Positions 24,530 to 26,029 of a DNA stretch of 26,029 nucleotides are shown here, piece after piece. A program made the position numbers and the translations under genes. Source of the DNA: a virus. Taxonomy: Duplodnaviria; Caudoviricetes. Below the pieces are notes generated by a model. That model searched no databases and was not told the origin of the DNA. It saw only the letters and a list, made by a program, of their open reading frames with translations. How positions within the stretch are numbered: the first letter of the stretch is position 1; every line of letters starts with the position of its first letter. Location of the stretch: positions 1-26,029 of IMG/VR virus record IMGVR_UViG_3300044858_000598. One strand, written 5' to 3'.

Positions 24530-24662
24530 TCTTCTTGTACTCTCCAACTTTTCCGAGTATTGATTTGATACGTCCGTCTTTGTTTATACGAACTACCATT
24601 CCATTTTTAATCTGCATTGGGTTAAAACCATCATGGCGTTTATAAGTGCCACTAGAAGACAT
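24513..24662 (-). CDS. Small basic protein, 49 aa (MSSSGTYKRHDGFNPMQIKNGMVVRINKDGRIK...)
   Basis: Manually translated; TAATG coupling. Confidence 0.7.
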   Translation of the reverse strand: MSSSGTYKRHDGFNPMQIKNGMVVRINKDGRIKSILGKVGEYKKNGPKA

Positions 24663-24808
24663 TACTTCTTCTTACCCATTTTCTTAACCATTGCTTTTTT
24701 CATAGCAGGTTTTACTACCATTTTCTTGCCTGACTTCTTGGCTGCTTTCTTAGCCATAGCCATTCCCATTGGGGAATAACTAAATTCTTTTCCGCCTACA
24801 TTTGGCAT
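24662..24808 (-). CDS. Lys-rich peptide, 48 aa (MPNVGGKEFSYSPMGMAMAKKAAKKSGKKMVVKPAMKKAMVKKMGKKK)
   Basis: Manually translated; AAAGGAG RBS; 15 of 48 residues are Lys. Confidence 0.8.
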   Translation of the reverse strand: MPNVGGKEFSYSPMGMAMAKKAAKKSGKKMVVKPAMKKAMVKKMGKKK

Positions 24809-24835
24809 TGCCTTCTCCTTTTATTGTTGTTGGGT

Positions 24836-24863
24836 GAAGAGGGGCTGTTGCCAGCCCCTCTTC
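24836..24863 (-). terminator. Stable hairpin after the capsid gene (terminator or mRNA stabiliser)
   Basis: 12-bp stem GAAGAGGGGCTG/CAGCCCCTCTTC, GCAA tetraloop on the minus strand, no clear U-tract. Confidence 0.7.
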
Positions 24864-24870
24864 TTTATAA

Positions 24871-25845
24871 CTATTGTGCGATGCTTGACTTCGTCTGGAT
24901 GACGTAACGTGCTTCCTTGCGGAAGATGTTCCATCCAATAAGAGCCTTCCATCCAGCTGGACGGAAACGCATCAACTTATCAGTTACTGGACCGATAACG
25001 GTCTTTGGCTCATAAGTAACTGCTTCAATAAGAGCTTGCTTACCAAGAAGAACAGTTGCGTATACCTTTGATGTGCCAGAACCTGAGATAGATTCTGCAC
25101 GAGGTGTCTCAATGTAACGAACCTGATCAAAGATTCCGATCTCACCTGTCCATAGGTTACCAACACCAGCTTCGGTGTAGGTATGAGGTAGTTGCCATAC
25201 AGCAGATCCGCTTGATTGTGCTTCTGAACGAAGGTCATAAGACACATCTGGGTGGATAAGTGCTGTGTAGAAGCCACCATCACGAGGTTGAACATTTGCA
25301 CCACGTAGTCTTGCAACGCCTTTACGAGAAAGTGCTGCAGTCATATTTGCTGCGCTTGTGCTTGAAGAAACGTTCTCACCATTAATGGTTGATTCATCAG
25401 CAGATGAAGTTCCTGTGTAACGTCCTGTTGCAAGTGATGTCAATTTGCTCCATACTAGAGAATCTAGTGAGTCACGCATGTTGAAAGACAACATGTCGGC
25501 AACTGCTGGATCAATTGCAGACAAAGACTCTAGAGCAAGTTTTTCAGTTGTGATAACAGCATTACCGTACTCGTTAACTGTTACGTTAACACGGTTAGTG
25601 TTGCTCAACTGTACTGCATCTGGATCTTCAGTCTGGGTTAGTGCTGTTGTTTGACGTGATAGATCTGTGTAGACCTGGAATACGACAGTGTTACCTGGGT
25701 TTGTTACATCGACAGGACGCTTGTCCGCAAACTTGCGGAACATTGGCTCTGAGCGAAGGTTAAACTCGATATACTTATCATACGCAGTCTGGATCAAGTT
25801 CGACATTGTTGATGTCGTAGTTGATGTTGCTGGGGTTATAGGCAT
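24871..25845 (-). CDS. Major capsid protein (N4-gp56-like family)
   Basis: VTVNEYGNAV, IHPDVSYDLR, GEIG, GPVTDKLMRFRPAGW; 324 aa; followed by a strong hairpin. Confidence 0.9.
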   Translation of the reverse strand: MPITPATSTTTSTMSNLIQTAYDKYIEFNLRSEPMFRKFADKRPVDVTNPGNTVVFQVYTDLSRQTTALTQTEDPDAVQLSNTNRVNVTVNEYGNAVITTEKLALESLSAIDPAVADMLSFNMRDSLDSLVWSKLTSLATGRYTGTSSADESTINGENVSSSTSAANMTAALSRKGVARLRGANVQPRDGGFYTALIHPDVSYDLRSEAQSSGSAVWQLPHTYTEAGVGNLWTGEIGIFDQVRYIETPRAESISGSGTSKVYATVLLGKQALIEAVTYEPKTVIGPVTDKLMRFRPAGWKALIGWNIFRKEARYVIQTKSSIAQ

Positions 25846-25877
25846 AATTTCCTTCTATTAGGGTTTGATATGGACTA

Positions 25878-26029
25878 TCAGCGTTTTAAGAAATTGGTTA
25901 ATTCTTCTGGACTTGATGCGTTAGCAATAAGTGAAGAGATGTCTCGACCCACATTCGGATCAACATCACCATTCTCAAAATCTGATATTTGCTCAAAAGA
26001 TTGAGCGTCAGCGTCTGGTTCATAACCAG
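25878..26029 (-). CDS. C-terminus of probable capsid scaffolding protein (...ISSLIANASSPEELTNFLKR)
   Basis: Manually translated acidic open frame directly upstream of the capsid gene. Confidence 0.6.
   Translation of the reverse strand, partial: GYEPDADAQSFEQISDFENGDVDPNVGRDISSLIANASSPEELTNFLKR

Noticed and set aside
25125-25135. GATCAAAGATT in the capsid gene as a fifth hairpin element
   Set aside because: Only the core matches, the arms do not pair beyond it, and it is inside a coding region
1-26029. tRNA genes, integrase or attachment site
   Set aside because: No cloverleaf-like sequence in the few intergenic gaps and no recombinase ORF recognised; a tRNAscan/Infernal run would be needed to be certain

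Overview
The window is part of a tailed dsDNA phage genome. An actinobacterial host is likely (WhiB, a GP88-like protein, a leaderless-type promoter); the moderate-to-low GC suggests a freshwater low-GC actinobacterial host, which is inference. It has four blocks. (1) 1-445: a divergent control region rich in palindromes. (2) 446-7212 (+): an early region of small, translationally coupled genes including DUF1281/YubB-like, GP88-like and DUF932 proteins. (3) 7229-15063 (-): a DNA metabolism and regulation operon with a split RecB/Cas4-like exonuclease, helicase, WhiB, Holliday junction resolvase, transglycosylase, split primase, proteasome-beta/HslV-like protease, endonuclease VII, sigma factor and glycosyltransferase, but no recognisable DNA polymerase. 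A solitary + strand methyltransferase follows it. (4) 15822-26029 (-): a late module with scaffold, major capsid, tail, fibre and lysis genes. The most striking unexplained signal is a 19-bp hairpin (8-bp stem, AAA loop) present four times at early-region gene boundaries, in which every stem substitution between copies is compensated. Two replication genes are also split, with intact foreign ORFs between the halves. All protein family calls come from motif recognition by eye, not from database searches.
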